DNA of 5,233 nucleotides. It comes from Ostreococcus tauri (taxonomy: Eukaryota). The notes beneath the pieces are model-generated. The model was not told the origin of the DNA, did not search any database, and was given only the letters and a program-made list of their open reading frames with translations. This document shows positions 4,611-5,233 of this stretch, piece after piece (position 1 is the first letter of the stretch; each line of letters begins with the position of its first letter). Made by a program: the position numbers and the translations under genes. The stretch is taken from NCBI GenBank assembly GCA_000214015.2, contig CAID01000001.2:770208-775440 (forward strand), in the 5' to 3' direction.

Positions 4611-5233
4611 TCATCGCCTCCTGGCGAACGGGTTAGGAATCCTCCCCGTCCGCGTATCCCTGAGCATCTCCCCCGATCTCGCGTGCTTATCCATCAATCG
4701 CGCGCGCAAAAAGTCCACCGCCGCCGTCGGAGGCTCCGCCGTCTCGTCTCCGCGCGCGCCCTCCAACGCGACCACCTCGAATCCATCCCGCTCGTACGTC
4801 CGCCGCTTCGCCTCCCGTCGCTCCCTCTTACTCCTCTTCACCCGTTTCTTCCCTCCGACGTGCGCCTCGTACGCGTCGAACGCCCGTCTTTTCTCGCCGC
4901 CGCGCCGTCCGTCCCCGAGCGCGCCCGCGACGACGTCCTCCGGAAGCGCCTCGAGATCGTCTTCGTCCGCCCTCGCGTCGTCCGCCGACGCCGTCCACGC
5001 CGTCGTCGTCGCCGTTTCCGTCCCATCGTCCCCTCGCGCGCGCGCGTTCGAACGCGCCGCCGGTCGTCGCGTCTTCGCCGCCGCCGCCGCCGCTCGCACC
5101 GCCGCGCGCGCGTTCGCCCGCGCCCGCGTCGCCTCCGCGCGTCCGCGCGCCCCGCTCACTTCCTCGGGCGCGTCCGAGTCCGAGCGTTCGTCCTCGCCCG
5201 CGAGCGCCGCGCGCGTCGAGCGCGGCGCTCGCG
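4611..5233 (-). CDS. Hypothetical Arg/Ala/Asp-rich low-complexity protein, C-terminal part (5' end outside the window)
   Basis: The minus-strand frame is open from the right window edge to TGA at 4613-4611. The track start at 5159 is GTG, and the only ATG codons are near the C-terminus, so the true start lies beyond 5233. The product has an Ala/Arg-rich region, an acidic patch (DDARADEDDLEALPEDV), a basic patch (KKRVKRSKRERREAKRR) and a less biased C-terminus (VDFLRARLMDKHARSGEMLRDTRTGRIPNPFARRR). The composition suggests a nuclear or nucleolar protein. I do not recognise the family. Confidence 0.55.
   Translation of the reverse strand, partial: RAPRSTRAALAGEDERSDSDAPEEVSGARGRAEATRARANARAAVRAAAAAAKTRRPAARSNARARGDDGTETATTTAWTASADDARADEDDLEALPEDVVAGALGDGRRGGEKRRAFDAYEAHVGGKKRVKRSKRERREAKRRTYERDGFEVVALEGARGDETAEPPTAAVDFLRARLMDKHARSGEMLRDTRTGRIPNPFARRR
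5077..5093. repeat. (GCC)5 trinucleotide microsatellite
   Basis: gccgccgccgccgccgc is read on the minus strand as GCG codons, giving the Ala run in ...VRAAAAAAKT... Confidence 0.8.

Noticed and set aside
4611-4800. Weak resemblance of ...ERDGFEVV...VDFLRAR... to the RRP7 C-terminal D-x-D-G-[FW]...[DN]-F-Y-x-[FW]-Q pattern
   Set aside because: The key FY-x-FQ residues and the downstream coiled-coil segment are absent. The resemblance is too weak to name the family without a profile search.
4838-5026. A 62-aa alternate-frame minus-strand ORF inside the right-hand gene
   Set aside because: It lies entirely inside the much longer open frame (4611 to the window edge) and translates to pure Arg/Gly/Thr low-complexity sequence.

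Overview
This is compact, CpG- and GC-rich eukaryotic nuclear DNA, not a prokaryotic locus. The gene families (Exo1/XPG nuclease, GT47 exostosin, Tim17/22/23 PRAT protein), the very short intergenic spacers (about 90-260 bp), NCG/GC-ending codons and TGTAA motifs just after stop codons suggest a green picoalga (Mamiellophyceae such as Ostreococcus or Micromonas). That taxon is an inference I cannot confirm without a search. The ORF track uses bacterial start codons, so several N-termini in it are over-extended, and most of its ORFs are alternate-frame or antisense artefacts of GC-rich DNA. I support five genes. (1) A possible minus-strand gene start at 67 running off the left edge. (2) A GT47 exostosin-like glycosyltransferase, 243..1811 (+). 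(3) A small four-helix Tim17/Tim22/Tim23-family protein, 2069..2521 (+). (4) EXO1, 2703..4518 (+), whose reading frame is broken by an apparent 1-nt insertion near 3645-3660. (5) A low-complexity Arg/Ala/Asp-rich protein on the minus strand, 4611 to the right edge (partial). I find no CRISPR array, mobile element, RNA gene, operon or defence-like system, and I do not claim a novel biological system. Points worth a second look: the EXO1 frameshift; a composite GAGTC/GACTC palindromic motif with the same architecture upstream of all three plus-strand genes; a 41-bp x3 tandem repeat that contains the exostosin stop codon; a 92-bp convergent spacer with opposed TGTAA signals; and MIP- and PIP-like motifs in the EXO1 tail.
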